The notes: generated by a model not told the origin, from the letters alone. Shown: positions 20,429 through 31,028, counted from the stretch's first letter. The stretch is 64,000 nt of DNA from an uncultured delta proteobacterium (GCA_963790475.1 CAWBOS010000010.1:1312001-1376000); one strand, 5' to 3'. Translations and numbers: made by a program.

Positions 20429-23400
20429 ATGGAATGTCCTAAATGCCAGGCTGAGAATCCGGAAACTAAAAAGTTTTGCAGCCAGTGCGGGACAAAACTT
20501 TTAAAGGTCTGCCCTCAGTGTGGCGCTGAAATTCTTCCAAACGATAGATTTTGCGGCGAGTGCGGACAGGCCTTGTCTGCACACCGGGAATCACACCCGC
20601 CAAAAAGCTTTCCGGAGAAATGGCCCCAGCCCTACCCCTTTCCCTTGCCCAAAGAATTATCCGAGAAGATCCTGGCCCAGAAGGGCCGGATCGAAGGGGA
20701 GCGCCGGCAGGTCACGGTCATGTTCTGCGACCTGGAGGGCTCCACCGCCCTGACCGAGAAGCTTGGGGACGAAAGGGCCTTTTCACTCATCGATGAAATC
20801 TTCGATATCTTAACCCAGCAGGTCCATAAGTTTGAGGGGACGGTCCAGGAGTTCCGTGGAGACGGTATTATGGCCCTTTTCGGCGCCCCCATTGCCCTGG
20901 GAAATGCCGCCCAGCGGGCTATTCGCTCGGCCCTGGCCATCCACCAGGAAGTGACCAAATTCAGCCACCAGGTTCAAGAAGGAGTCCGGGGAGCGGGGAT
21001 TCGCATGCGGATCGGCATTCATACGGGCCCGGTCGTCCTGGGCACCATCGGCAGCGACCTGCGTCTTGAATTCCAGGTCATCGGCGATACGGTCAATCTC
21101 GCGGCCCGGATGGAAAGCCTGGCCGAGCCGGGAAGCACCTATGTGACCAGCGATACCTTTAAGCTCACCGAGGGGTTCTTTCGCTTTGAAGGCCTGGGGG
21201 AAAAGGTGGTCAAAGGGAAAGGGACGCCGATCCGTGTTTATCGGGTGATCGCTCCCAGCAGCCAAAGTACGCGGTTCGATGTCAGCGCCGAGCAGGGCCT
21301 CACCCCATTCGTGGGCCGCCAGCGGGAGCTGGAACTCCTTCTCGACGGCTATGAACGAGCCAAGTCCGGCAAAGGCCAGGCCTTTTCCCTCATATCGGAG
21401 GCCGGGGTGGGGAAATCCAGGCTGCTTTATGAATTCCGGAAGGCAGTGGGCAACGAAGAGATCACCTTTCTGGAGGGCCGCTGTCTTTCTTACGGCAGGG
21501 ATGTCCCCTACCATCCCTTCATCAGCGTCCTGAAAGCCAACTTTGAGATTAAGGAAGGGGAAATCGATTCAGAAATCAGGCGGAAAGTCGAGCGAGGGCT
21601 GGACCTGATCGGATTGGATCGAGGCTCCAGCCTGCCCTATTTCCTGGAGCTATTATCCGTCAAGGACAGCGGCATCGAACAAATCTCCCTCAGCCCCGAG
21701 GGGAAAAAGGACCGGCTTCAGGAGGCCTTCCGGCGGATCATCCTCAAGGGTTCCCAGGTACGTCCCCTGGTTATTGCCATTGAGGACTTGCAACGGATGG
21801 ACAAAAGCTCCGAGGAGGCCTTGAAGTATATATCGGAAAGCATCCCGGGATCGAGGATTCTTTCCATCTTCACCTACCGTCCGGAATTCATTCCTTCCTG
21901 GGGAGGCAAGTCCTTCCACAGCCAGTTGACCTTGCAGCGTCTTTCCAACCGGGAGACCCTGGATATGGCCGCCCATCTCCTGGGCACTAAAGAAATAGAA
22001 AGGTCCCTGGAGGAGCTGCTTTTAGAGAAGACCGAAGGGATTCCCTTTTTCCTGGAGGAATTTATCCATTCCTTGAAGGACCTGAAAATCATCGAGCGAA
22101 GAGGCCTGGCCTTTGGCTTATCAAAAAGTATCCTGGAAAAAATGGCCGTCCCCACCACCATCCAGGAAGTGATCCTGGCCAGGGTGGACCCCTTGCCCGC
22201 CAGGGCCAAAGAAGTGCTTCAAGCCGGGTCGGTTATCGAGCGGGAGTTCGACTTCCGGCTGATCAAACAAGCCACCGGATTCCCGGAACCGGAGTTGCTT
22301 TCCAACCTTTCCCTTTTAAAGGACGCCGAGCTTTTATATGAACGGGGCATCTATCCCCAGTCGAGCTACATCTTCAAACATGCCCTGCCCCGCGAGGTGG
22401 TTTATGATTCCATCTTGTCCGACCGTAAGAAGAGACTCCACGAAGAAATCGGCCGGGCCTTGGAAACCCTATACCGGGACCGCTTAGGGGAATATTACGG
22501 GGTCCTTTCCGAGCACTTCATAAAAAGCGGCCGTTATGAAAAAGGGGGAGAATATGCCAAATGGGCGGCCAAAAAAGCCGAGAAAACCGTTTCCCTAAAC
22601 GATGCCATTTCCTACATGAAATATCCTGCCTGGAAAAACTGCCCCCATCCGAAGAGAATGAAAAAGAAGAGATCGACGCCCGAACCATCATGGGGACTTA
22701 CATTTTACAAATGAATTATCCGGTCCGGGCCAAAGAGGCCATTGACCCGATCATTGATCGGGCCTTGAAGCTTAACTATAAACGCCGGCTCCCGCTGATA
22801 TATGGCATATTAGGGCAACATTCGCTTGAGGTTGAAGAAGACTTCCCCGCGACCTTCCATCATCTTGAACAGGCCTTAAAGATTTCCGAAGAGACCCATG
22901 ATATTCTTTCCCTGTTTGTCACCAATTATAGCCTGGGTTTCTCGCTGCTGTGCGATTGTGCTTTTGAAAAGGCCTCTCATCACTTTGAAAAAGGCCTGGA
23001 AATAAACCAAGCGGCCAATAATCTTTGGGGCATATCAGCTATGAAATCTTTTTTGACCCTTATCCAGCTTTATCGAGGCCAAATCGATCTTGGCCACCAG
23101 CTCAGTGCGGAGGCCCTTCATTTGGCCGAAGATAGCGGCGATATCTACTCCAAAGGGATTGCCTATACCGCCCATGGTGTTTCTTGTTATTGCAAAGGAT
23201 TTCTTGCTGAGGCGGAAAACCACTTATTAAAAGGAAATGATTTTTGCGAAAGGATCCATTTTTTCGCCTGGAACCTCGTGGCCCAATATCATTTAGGTGA
23301 GCTGTATCACTTTCTCGGAAAATATGAAAAGGCCGTCGGCTGTTTTGAAAAAGGGGTTTCTTGTTTGGAAGAGGCTCGTTTCGGTCCCTCAAGAAAAAAT

Positions 23401-23790
23401 ATAAATAGAATGGGAATTGCCAGGGCCAGGGTTTTGATCGATCGAGGAGATATTAATTTAGGACTCCTGTATGGGTATATCCGGGAGAATAAGCTGAAAG
23501 AGCTCGACGGTCGAATGCGAAGATTCATGGCTGAGATTTTATTGCATCTCGATGATGATCACATGGACGAGGCCGAGTCCTGGATCAATCAGGCTATAGA
23601 AGCCGATCAGCGGAATCAAATGAGGTGGTGTTTGGCCTGGGATTATCTTTCCCATTCCGACCTCTTGAAGAAAAAAGGCGACCGGTTTAAGGCCACGGAG
23701 ATCCTGGGCCGGGCCATAGAAACTTTTAAAAACTGCGGCGCTGATGGGTGGGTGCAAGAGACTGAACAGAAGTTGGCCCTTATTTCATGA
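20429..23790 (+). pseudogene. STAND protein 3: DZR + cyclase + ATPase + TPR, frameshifted near 22620 (ORFs 20429-22714 and 22561-23790)
   Basis: Same architecture; alignment with the paralogues implies about 7 nt missing at DAISYMK/ISCLEKLP; conserved motifs altered (EDLQRMD, KHALPRE). Confidence 0.75.
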
Positions 23791-23849
23791 CAGTGAATTC
23801 CTAATAATCAATTCTTGATGAGACAGGTTACGAAAGCGAAATGGCTGAA

Positions 23850-24194
23850 CTAATCCGACTGCTGTCTGGCCTCATGGTCGAGCGCTTCAATCATCCAGGT
23901 GTTGATGCTCTTTCCAGAGGCGTCGGCCAAGGCGATAATCCGCTCATGCAAATCCGGAGAAATTCGCAAATTGAACCGCCCGGTGAACTTCCGACGCGGA
24001 TTCACCCCGTCCTCTACGCACATTTTCAGGAAAACCTTGAGGGATTTCCTTCCCTCTTTGCGGAGCCCTTCGACCGAAGAGGCATAAAAGTCAGCACCCC
24101 CATTCAGGCCGACAAACTCCCCCCGAAACATACCGATATCAGGGTCATACTTGATGACCGCTTTGTATCCTTCAATTTCCATAACACTGATCAT
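23850..24194 (-). CDS. hicB: HicB family antitoxin
   Basis: GYKAVIKYD..FRGEFVGLNGGADFYA..; C-terminal RHH GRFNLRISPDLH..SINTW. Confidence 0.9.
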   Translation of the reverse strand: MISVMEIEGYKAVIKYDPDIGMFRGEFVGLNGGADFYASSVEGLRKEGRKSLKVFLKMCVEDGVNPRRKFTGRFNLRISPDLHERIIALADASGKSINTWMIEALDHEARQQSD

Positions 24195-24445
24195 GGCTTC
24201 ACCCCGTGTTGTTCAAACCACTTGCGGATGCTTTCTACGCAGCCCTTATCCGTATCCGGAGATGGATGCGGACGATGGAACACCCGACGCTCGCCGAAAA
24301 GCCGAACTCCGACGCGTGAGCCTTCATGCTCGGTCATTTCGGCCCCCAATTCACGAAATAACGCCAGGATGTCAGACCATTTAATGCCTCCGCTCGTGGG
24401 ACGACTGAAAATTATTTCCAACGTTGAATGGTGCCTGCGTTTCAT
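24191..24445 (-). CDS. hicA: HicA family toxin
   Basis: IKWSDI.ALF..LGA....EGSRV...FHRPHP; ATGA overlap with hicB; TTGACA upstream. Confidence 0.9.
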   Translation of the reverse strand: MKRRHHSTLEIIFSRPTSGGIKWSDILALFRELGAEMTEHEGSRVGVRLFGERRVFHRPHPSPDTDKGCVESIRKWFEQHGVKP

Positions 24446-24543
24446 GAAAATATATGGTGCCAATTATTAGTGCCATTGTCAATAGAAATTGTTTCGAGGA
24501 ATAAATAGGATAACGCCTTTAGCGTTTGAAAAGAGGTTTTTTA

Positions 24544-24736
24544 TTCACCGCGAAGACACAAAGGACGCAAAGAGAATCATTTTTATTCAATCCCGTGAGA
24601 GGCGGGATTGAATGAACCAGCTCTGGCCTCCGGCCAAAAAATTACCTTGAGGGTAGCGAAGGTTATTCATTGCCGGCCCCTCACCGGCAATCAATAAAAA
24701 ATTCTCTTCATGGCGCCCTCCGCGTCTGCGGTGGAA
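24544..24736. repeat. Twin-hairpin element, copy A
   Basis: TTCACCGC...GCGGTGGA ends; internal stems with loops TGAGAGG (24596-602) and CCCCTCA (24677-83). Confidence 0.7.
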
Positions 24737-24924
24737 ACATATATTTCAAAAAGCTAAACTGAGACTAAATATGATTATAAACATAAAACACGGAAGCAAA
24801 TGGATTTCCAAAGATTTATCACGATATCCCCCCGGAAGACGGCTAGGCCCCGTCCGGAAGTTACCCGGAAGAGGTAGTCCCTAACCGGGCAGTTGACTTC
24901 GAAAAATTCGCCAAAGCCCAATTT

Positions 24925-24996
24925 CGTCATTCCGGGCATGACCCGGAATCCAGGAATTTAATTTTTTCCTGGACCCCGGCTTTCGCCGGGGAGACG
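24925..24996. repeat. REP-like doublet, GTCAT..CCGG..ATCCAG family
   Basis: cgtcattccgggcatgacccggaatccag ... ctggaccccggctttcgccggggagacg. Confidence 0.75.
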
Positions 24997-25090
24997 GTTA
25001 AAGGGGGTCTTTTGGTCTAAGAAAGATCGACAAAACTTTGTCGATGTTCAGGCACTAAGCGCCTAACACCTTCGGTGAGGAGGAGTTAAA

Positions 25091-28000
25091 ATGAATTGTC
25101 CGATGTGCGGGCTTGATAATCGAGAAGGGGTAAAGTTCTGCGAGGAATGCGGGGCCAAGATGGAGCTGACGTGTCCCGGTTGCGGGTCAATAATCCCATC
25201 AGGCAAAAAATTCTGTGGCGGGTGCGGCCGGTCCCTGATCTCGACTCAACCCCCAACTCCGGTTGCATCCGCACCACCTTCCTCTCCCCCACCCGCTTCC
25301 TTCGCCAATGGCCGCTACGCGGTCAAGAAGTTTCTGGGAGAAGGGGGCAAGAAGAAGGTTTATCTGGTCCATGACAGTTTGCTGGACCGGGATGTGGCCT
25401 TTGCCCTGATTAAGACTGAGAAGCTGGATGCCGCCAGCCGGCAGCGCATCAGCCGGGAGGCCCAGGCCATGGGAAGATTGGGCGACCATCCCAACATCGT
25501 CGGAATCTATGATATGGGGGAAGAAAAAGGCCAGCCCTATGTAGTCCTGCCCCTCCTGCCGGGGGGAGATGTAGAAGGTTTGATGGAGAAGGCCCCGGAG
25601 CGGCGGCTGCCCATCGAAAGATCCATCGATATTGCCAAGGCCGTCTGCCGGGGCCTGGAATATGCCCACAGCAAAGGGGTGATTCACCGGGACATCAAGC
25701 CGGGTAATGTCTGGCTGAACGCCGATGGTATCGCCCAGATCGGCGACTTCGGACTGGCCCTGGCCCTCGACCTTTCCCGCCTTACGAATGAAGGGATGAT
25801 GGTCGGTACCTATTATTATATGCCTCCGGAACAGGCCATGGGCGGTGAGGTTTCTCCCCAGGCCGACTTGTATTCCTTAGGGGCTATGCTCTACGAGATG
25901 GTTGCCGGCCGGCCGCCCTTCACCGGTGATGACACAGTGGCCATTATCGGCCAGCATATCAATACCCCGCCCGTTTCTCCTTCCTGGCACCGTCCCGAAC
26001 TGTCCCCTGCTTTGTCTGCTCTGATCATGCGGCTTTTGGAAAAAGATCCCCACCATCGCCCTGCCTCAGCCGGAGAAGTCCTCAAGGCCCTGGAGGTCAT
26101 TGAGACCGGCAATGCGGAAAAAGTCACCTCCAGGGAAGAAGCAGTCCTGACTGAGAACCCCCTATATAGGCGGGTATTCGTCGGCCGGGAGCCGGAACTC
26201 CGGCAACTGCAATCGGCCTTTGATCTGGCCGCCTCCGGCCAGGGCTCTCTGATGATGGTGGTGGGGGAACCGGGTATCGGCAAGACATCACTCAGCGAAC
26301 AATTGGCCACCTATGCCACCCTTCGAGGCGGCCAGGCCTTAGTGGGACACTGCTACGAAGAAGGCTCCCTGTCTCTGCCTTATCTCGCTTTTGTGGAGGC
26401 CTTGCGCTCTTATGCCGGAACTCGAGACATCAGTGAGCTTCAAAAAGAACTGGGTCCGTGGGCGGCCGATGTGGCCCGAATTGTCTCCGAGGTCCGGGAG
26501 AGGCTGAGCATTCCACCCCGGCTCAAGGGTGACCCCGAGGAAGAAAGGTACCGGCTGATGCAGGCCGTCTCCGACTTCCTGGGAAATGTCGCAGCAAACA
26601 AGCCCCTGGTGATCGTGCTGGAAGACCTGCACTGCGCCGACCGCGGCACATTAGAAATGCTGGGCCATGTGGCCCGCAATCTGGGTAATAAAAGACTTCT
26701 CCTGGTGGGCACCTACCGGGATATCGAGGTGGACCGGACTCATCCCCTCTCCTCTTCCCTGGCCGACTTAAGACGTCTGCCCACTTTCAGCCGCGTACTG
26801 CTTAGAGGACTCAATGCCGATGAGGTACGACGGATGCTGGCCGGAATTGCCGGGCAGGAGGTGCCCTGGGGTCTGGCCCAGGTTGTGCACCGCCAGACCG
26901 AGGGCAATCCCCTTTTTGTCCAGGAAGTGATTCGTTATTTAGCCGAAGAAGGGGTCTTCGTCCGGGACAAAGGACGCTGGCAGCCGGCCAAAGATACGCC
27001 GGTGGAAATGCGCATACCCGACGGGTTGAGGGATGTAATCGGCAAGCGTCTTTCATCCCTGAGCGAGACCTGCAACCGGCTGCTCTCCACCGCCGCAGTC
27101 ATCGGCCGGGACTTTCGTTTGGAGGTCCTCCAGAGGGTAGCCGGACTGTCCGATGAGGACCTGTTCAAGGCCCTGGAGGAGGCCAGAAAAGCAGCCGTGA
27201 TCGAAGAACGGACCGGCACCGGGGCTGTGGTCAACTACCGATTTGCCCACGCCTTCTTCCGCCAGACCCTCTATGAAGAGATCATCGCCCCCCGGCGCAT
27301 CCGCCTCCACCAGCAGGTGGCCAGGGCACTGGAGGAGGTCTACAAAAACCGGCTGGCAGAGCATGCTGCGGAGTTAGCCGAGCACTTCTCCTATTCATCC
27401 GATTCAGAGGACCTTAAAAAAGCAATCAGTTATTCTGAAATGGCGGCCGAGAGGGCGACCTCAGTCTTTGACTACGGGGAAGCGGTCAGACTTCTGGAGA
27501 AAGCGCTTCAGGTGCAGGAAGTTTTAGATCCCGAGGACAAAATCAGAATGTGTGATCTTTTACTCTCCCTGGGGGATACCTTGACCATGGCCGGTAATCC
27601 CAGGAGGGCACTCGATCACGAGTTTGAAAAGGCCTTTCATTTAGCGGAAGATGCAGGCAGCAGGCATCGTGCCGCCAAGGCAGCGGTGCTGTCCATGACT
27701 GCTTTGAGGTTTTATGGCTGGGGTTTCGCTGAGAGTTCGCCCGAAATGGTGAAATGGGTTGAACGCGCCGATCGATATGCTAAGCCGGGTTCGGCGGAAC
27801 GGGTAAAAGCCGATATCGGCTTGGGAACGGTTAAAATGTACAGTCAGTATAACGAGCCCTTTGAATCCTGGGTATCATACTTTGACCGGGCACTCGAATT
27901 ATCCCGTGAATTAAAAGATCCCGGGACTTTCTGGGAAACTGCAGGGGATTATCTGTTTTGGGTTTGGTCTCCTGATCATGCCGAAAAGCAATTAGAACTG

Positions 28001-28912
28001 GCTGAAGAAATATTGCTGAAATCACATGCAGGAGTAAATATCAGAGGACTTGTCTATGCTATGGGATATGCCGCCAATGTTTTTTTGGCCCGGGCCCATT
28101 ATGAAAAAATGAAAGAGATAATAAATATTATACAAAAAATTACAGACCAATCCAATCAAATACACAATAAAATAGGTTTTCTGGTTTGGGAAATTATTTT
28201 GAAACTATTGGATGGCGAGTTATCGCCAGCCGTTCAAAAATGCCATGAGCTGGCCGAATTGGGGGAAAAGGAGTCTTTAGTAGAGTTTGTTGATGTCGCC
28301 ATGATTTCGTTTCTGCCCAGGCCTCTCCAATACTTAGGGATAAGCAGTGATGTTTTAAATAAGTCCAGGTCTCGCATCCAGGATCCCTCTATACATGGAA
28401 CAATCTTCTCATTCCTGCATAATAATCAACTTGATAAAGCCCTGGAGCTTATTGACTGGTTGATTGAATTAAGAATGAAAAGAGGAGCCTCTCAAGATGA
28501 AACGTTGAGTTATCCCGATGTGTTTCTACTTGAAGCCTGTATACGATTAAACCATACCAAGGCCATCCAATTTTTATATGACCGCCTCAAGACCTGCCCG
28601 CATGTCACCAGCGCTGTCTGGTCAACGACATGCACGGCCCTTCCCCTGGGAAGGGCCGCGGAATTACTGGGCCATCCGGATGAAGCACTATCTCATTACA
28701 GAGACGCCTTGAAAGTGGCTATTTCACTCAGATATCGGCCGGAAATTGCCATTGCCCGCTATGAGATTGCCCGGCTGTTACTGGAAAAATATCCTGAAGA
28801 GAAAAAAACAGCCTTGGAGCATCTGGATTTTGCTATCGGCGAATTCCGGGAGATGAAAATGCAGCCATTCCTGGAAAGAGCACTGAGGCACAAGGAGATC
28901 CTTAAGGCGTAG
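25091..28912 (+). CDS. STAND protein 4: DZR + Hanks-type Ser/Thr kinase + STAND ATPase + TPR
   Basis: 4 CxxC; HRDIKPGN, DFG, YMPPEQ, DLYSLG; GEPGIGKT, LEDLH, EGNPLF, FAHAF. Confidence 0.92.
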   Translation: MNCPMCGLDNREGVKFCEECGAKMELTCPGCGSIIPSGKKFCGGCGRSLISTQPPTPVASAPPSSPPPASFANGRYAVKKFLGEGGKKKVYLVHDSLLDRDVAFALIKTEKLDAASRQRISREAQAMGRLGDHPNIVGIYDMGEEKGQPYVVLPLLPGGDVEGLMEKAPERRLPIERSIDIAKAVCRGLEYAHSKGVIHRDIKPGNVWLNADGIAQIGDFGLALALDLSRLTNEGMMVGTYYYMPPEQAMGGEVSPQADLYSLGAMLYEMVAGRPPFTGDDTVAIIGQHINTPPVSPSWHRPELSPALSALIMRLLEKDPHHRPASAGEVLKALEVIETGNAEKVTSREEAVLTENPLYRRVFVGREPELRQLQSAFDLAASGQGSLMMVVGEPGIGKTSLSEQLATYATLRGGQALVGHCYEEGSLSLPYLAFVEALRSYAGTRDISELQKELGPWAADVARIVSEVRERLSIPPRLKGDPEEERYRLMQAVSDFLGNVAANKPLVIVLEDLHCADRGTLEMLGHVARNLGNKRLLLVGTYRDIEVDRTHPLSSSLADLRRLPTFSRVLLRGLNADEVRRMLAGIAGQEVPWGLAQVVHRQTEGNPLFVQEVIRYLAEEGVFVRDKGRWQPAKDTPVEMRIPDGLRDVIGKRLSSLSETCNRLLSTAAVIGRDFRLEVLQRVAGLSDEDLFKALEEARKAAVIEERTGTGAVVNYRFAHAFFRQTLYEEIIAPRRIRLHQQVARALEEVYKNRLAEHAAELAEHFSYSSDSEDLKKAISYSEMAAERATSVFDYGEAVRLLEKALQVQEVLDPEDKIRMCDLLLSLGDTLTMAGNPRRALDHEFEKAFHLAEDAGSRHRAAKAAVLSMTALRFYGWGFAESSPEMVKWVERADRYAKPGSAERVKADIGLGTVKMYSQYNEPFESWVSYFDRALELSRELKDPGTFWETAGDYLFWVWSPDHAEKQLELAEEILLKSHAGVNIRGLVYAMGYAANVFLARAHYEKMKEIINIIQKITDQSNQIHNKIGFLVWEIILKLLDGELSPAVQKCHELAELGEKESLVEFVDVAMISFLPRPLQYLGISSDVLNKSRSRIQDPSIHGTIFSFLHNNQLDKALELIDWLIELRMKRGASQDETLSYPDVFLLEACIRLNHTKAIQFLYDRLKTCPHVTSAVWSTTCTALPLGRAAELLGHPDEALSHYRDALKVAISLRYRPEIAIARYEIARLLLEKYPEEKKTALEHLDFAIGEFREMKMQPFLERALRHKEILKA

Positions 28913-28945
28913 GTTGGATATTGGACGATTCGAAATGGGAATAAA

Positions 28946-29164
28946 TCAGGCGGCCAGGTTTGGAGAAGATGAATATTTTATAGGCAGAAGTCTATCAAGA
29001 GAAACGTGTTTTGAGGCATCCATGATTTCTATCCCGACAATCTTTTCATTTTCCCCGATATCAAGAACAATGTCTTCGGAAACCCTCCGATTAATGACAT
29101 CCTGCCTTCTGTCATCAAGCCTGATATATAGAAGGTCACCCTTTTCCTTGTATATTATATCCAT
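28946..29164 (-). CDS. DUF2283 family protein (putative antitoxin)
   Basis: MDIIYKEKGDLLYIRL...IVLD......IVGIEIMDAS. Confidence 0.8.
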   Translation of the reverse strand: MDIIYKEKGDLLYIRLDDRRQDVINRRVSEDIVLDIGENEKIVGIEIMDASKHVSLDRLLPIKYSSSPNLAA

Positions 29165-29165
29165 G

Positions 29166-29429
29166 CTATTCCTTCCATTGCCCGTAATAAACATACACAG
29201 TTACAGTAATAATGTTTTCATTTTCGTTAAGGGAAAAAACCTCCACGCGCTTTTGTTCATAATGCCTGCCATGACGATACCCATTAAATTCATAAACTTT
29301 GGCTTTCCCTTGCCTTTCATATTTGGCCGGAATGGGAAGACCCGAAATAATAACGTCCTTTATTTCTTCCTGGTTTGTACCCCGCTCCAAAGCACGTTCC
29401 AACGTGTGGGTATCTATCTGGATTTCCAT
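29166..29429 (-). CDS. DUF4258 family protein (RelE/BrnT-like putative toxin)
   Basis: HTLERALERG...EEIKDVI...IITVTVY; paired with DUF2283. Confidence 0.75.
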   Translation of the reverse strand: MEIQIDTHTLERALERGTNQEEIKDVIISGLPIPAKYERQGKAKVYEFNGYRHGRHYEQKRVEVFSLNENENIITVTVYVYYGQWKE

Positions 29430-29653
29430 TTATTAACTCATAATAATATCTATAGAGAAAATCACGCTGGTAGAATTTTAGAAGATTTTACCTTTAGACA
29501 GAAAGAGTATAAAACAAGAAAAAGATCGGGTCAAGGAGAAAGACAGCCCAAATAACAAGATAACAATTCGTTTACCGGGAACTTTTTAAAGAGGAAAGCC
29601 GACTAACATTAAGTACAAACGAATACTGATTAGAATAAAAAAAGGAGGAAGAT

Positions 29654-30112
29654 ATGCTCGATTTAAAATCTGAATTCATTTGTGAAGTTGTCGGGGATTT
29701 GGGGGAACCGCAACAAATCGGTCTGACACCCCATGGTGCCCGCATGATATTGCCGGTGATCGGTGGCACCGTGAAAGGACCGGAAATAAACGGGGAGGCG
29801 CTGTCCTTTGGAGCGGACTGGCTTCTCTTCCGGTCCGATGGTGTAGGCGAGGTGGACGTTCGCGTCACCATGCGCACCGACGATGGCGAACTCATTTATG
29901 CCTCTTATAGAGGAATATTGAAAGTCGATCCGGGGATTATGGCCCGTATTCAAAACGGCGAGGACATCGATCCCTCGGAGTATTATTTTCGTACCACCCC
30001 GGTATTTGAGACCGGCTCTGAAAAATACAACTGGCTGAATCAGATCGTCTGCGTCGGGGTGGGGAAAATCGAACCAAAGCGCGTGCGCTATAAAATTTAT
30101 CAGATACTTTAA
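29654..30112 (+). CDS. DUF3237 (UPF0311) family protein
   Basis: GGTVKGP, GADW, TDDGELIY, YYFRTTPVFETGSEKYNWLN. Confidence 0.88.
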   Translation: MLDLKSEFICEVVGDLGEPQQIGLTPHGARMILPVIGGTVKGPEINGEALSFGADWLLFRSDGVGEVDVRVTMRTDDGELIYASYRGILKVDPGIMARIQNGEDIDPSEYYFRTTPVFETGSEKYNWLNQIVCVGVGKIEPKRVRYKIYQIL

Positions 30113-30169
30113 AGGAAGCCGCCTCCGGTGCAGAAGTTGACCCTCTCCTCGACGCCATTCCGGACTTGG

Positions 30170-30310
30170 AGACTGTGTCACAATTGCATTTATGTCATTC
30201 TGCGCAAGCGAAGCGCGACACGGAATCCAGTATTTTCCAATAAGTTCTGGATACCGGCTTTCGCCGGTATGACGGCTTTGATGGCACTTTCAGTAATTAC
30301 GACACAGTCT
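30170..30310. mobile_element. MITE-like element: terminal inverted repeats enclosing a GTCAT-family REP doublet
   Basis: agactgtgtcacaatt ... aattacgacacagtct flank gtcattctg..cggaatccag..ctggataccggctttcgccggtatgac (30194-30273). Confidence 0.6.
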
Positions 30311-30351
30311 TTAGGGAATTAACCCTAATAGAGATTAGGGAGGACTGATCC

Positions 30352-31005
30352 ATGAAACTTCAAAAGGTTGGTGGTTATGCATCAATAGTGTACGGACTCC
30401 TGGCATTATTCTTCCTGGTGATCATTATTTTTGTTCTCCCCGGCTTGGGGCTCGTTGAACCGAGCGATTGGAGTGACCCGGTTAAGGGCATGGCCGCTGG
30501 TGACAAGTCTCCTGCTACATTTTTCTTAATGAATTTGGATTTTGTCTTGTTAGGCATTACCATCGTACTTATCGCTCTGGCCCTTCAGGAGCGGATGGAA
30601 GAAGAGGCGCCGAATCTCATGCGGCTCGTCGTTATCGGCGCCTCCATCAGCGCCGCCTTGTGGTTCAGTGGCGGTTTGATCGCGATCACCGGTTTTCCAC
30701 CGATCATCAGCGCCAAAGATATCTCAGCCTACCGGGCGCTTAATAATGTGTATTTTGGTCTGGGTATTGCCGGAGACCATGCCTCCGGCTGGTCTTTACT
30801 ATTGAGCGGCTGGGTTGCCATTAAGACCGGTAAGCTCCCACGCCTGCTCGGTTTCCTGCTCATTTTTGTAGGGATCCTCTGGATACTGGAATTTTTTTCC
30901 TGTGGACATTACCTCTATGGCCTGCTGGTGCTGGTAGGCCTATTGATCCATGTTATAGCCAACCTCTGGCTGGGCACGGTATTCTTGCGGAACAGGAGTT
31001 ATTAA
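30352..31005 (+). CDS. Integral membrane protein (about 6 TM, DUF4386-like)
   Basis: Hydrophobic helices; W.LL.GW..IKTGKLPR.LG pattern. Confidence 0.6.
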   Translation: MKLQKVGGYASIVYGLLALFFLVIIIFVLPGLGLVEPSDWSDPVKGMAAGDKSPATFFLMNLDFVLLGITIVLIALALQERMEEEAPNLMRLVVIGASISAALWFSGGLIAITGFPPIISAKDISAYRALNNVYFGLGIAGDHASGWSLLLSGWVAIKTGKLPRLLGFLLIFVGILWILEFFSCGHYLYGLLVLVGLLIHVIANLWLGTVFLRNRSY

Positions 31006-31028
31006 AGGAGAACAGATAACAAATCGGA

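Noticed and set aside
23841-24470. 209 aa plus-strand ORF; likewise 28914-29555
   Set aside because: Antisense shadows of hicAB and DUF4258/DUF2283, which have clear family motifs
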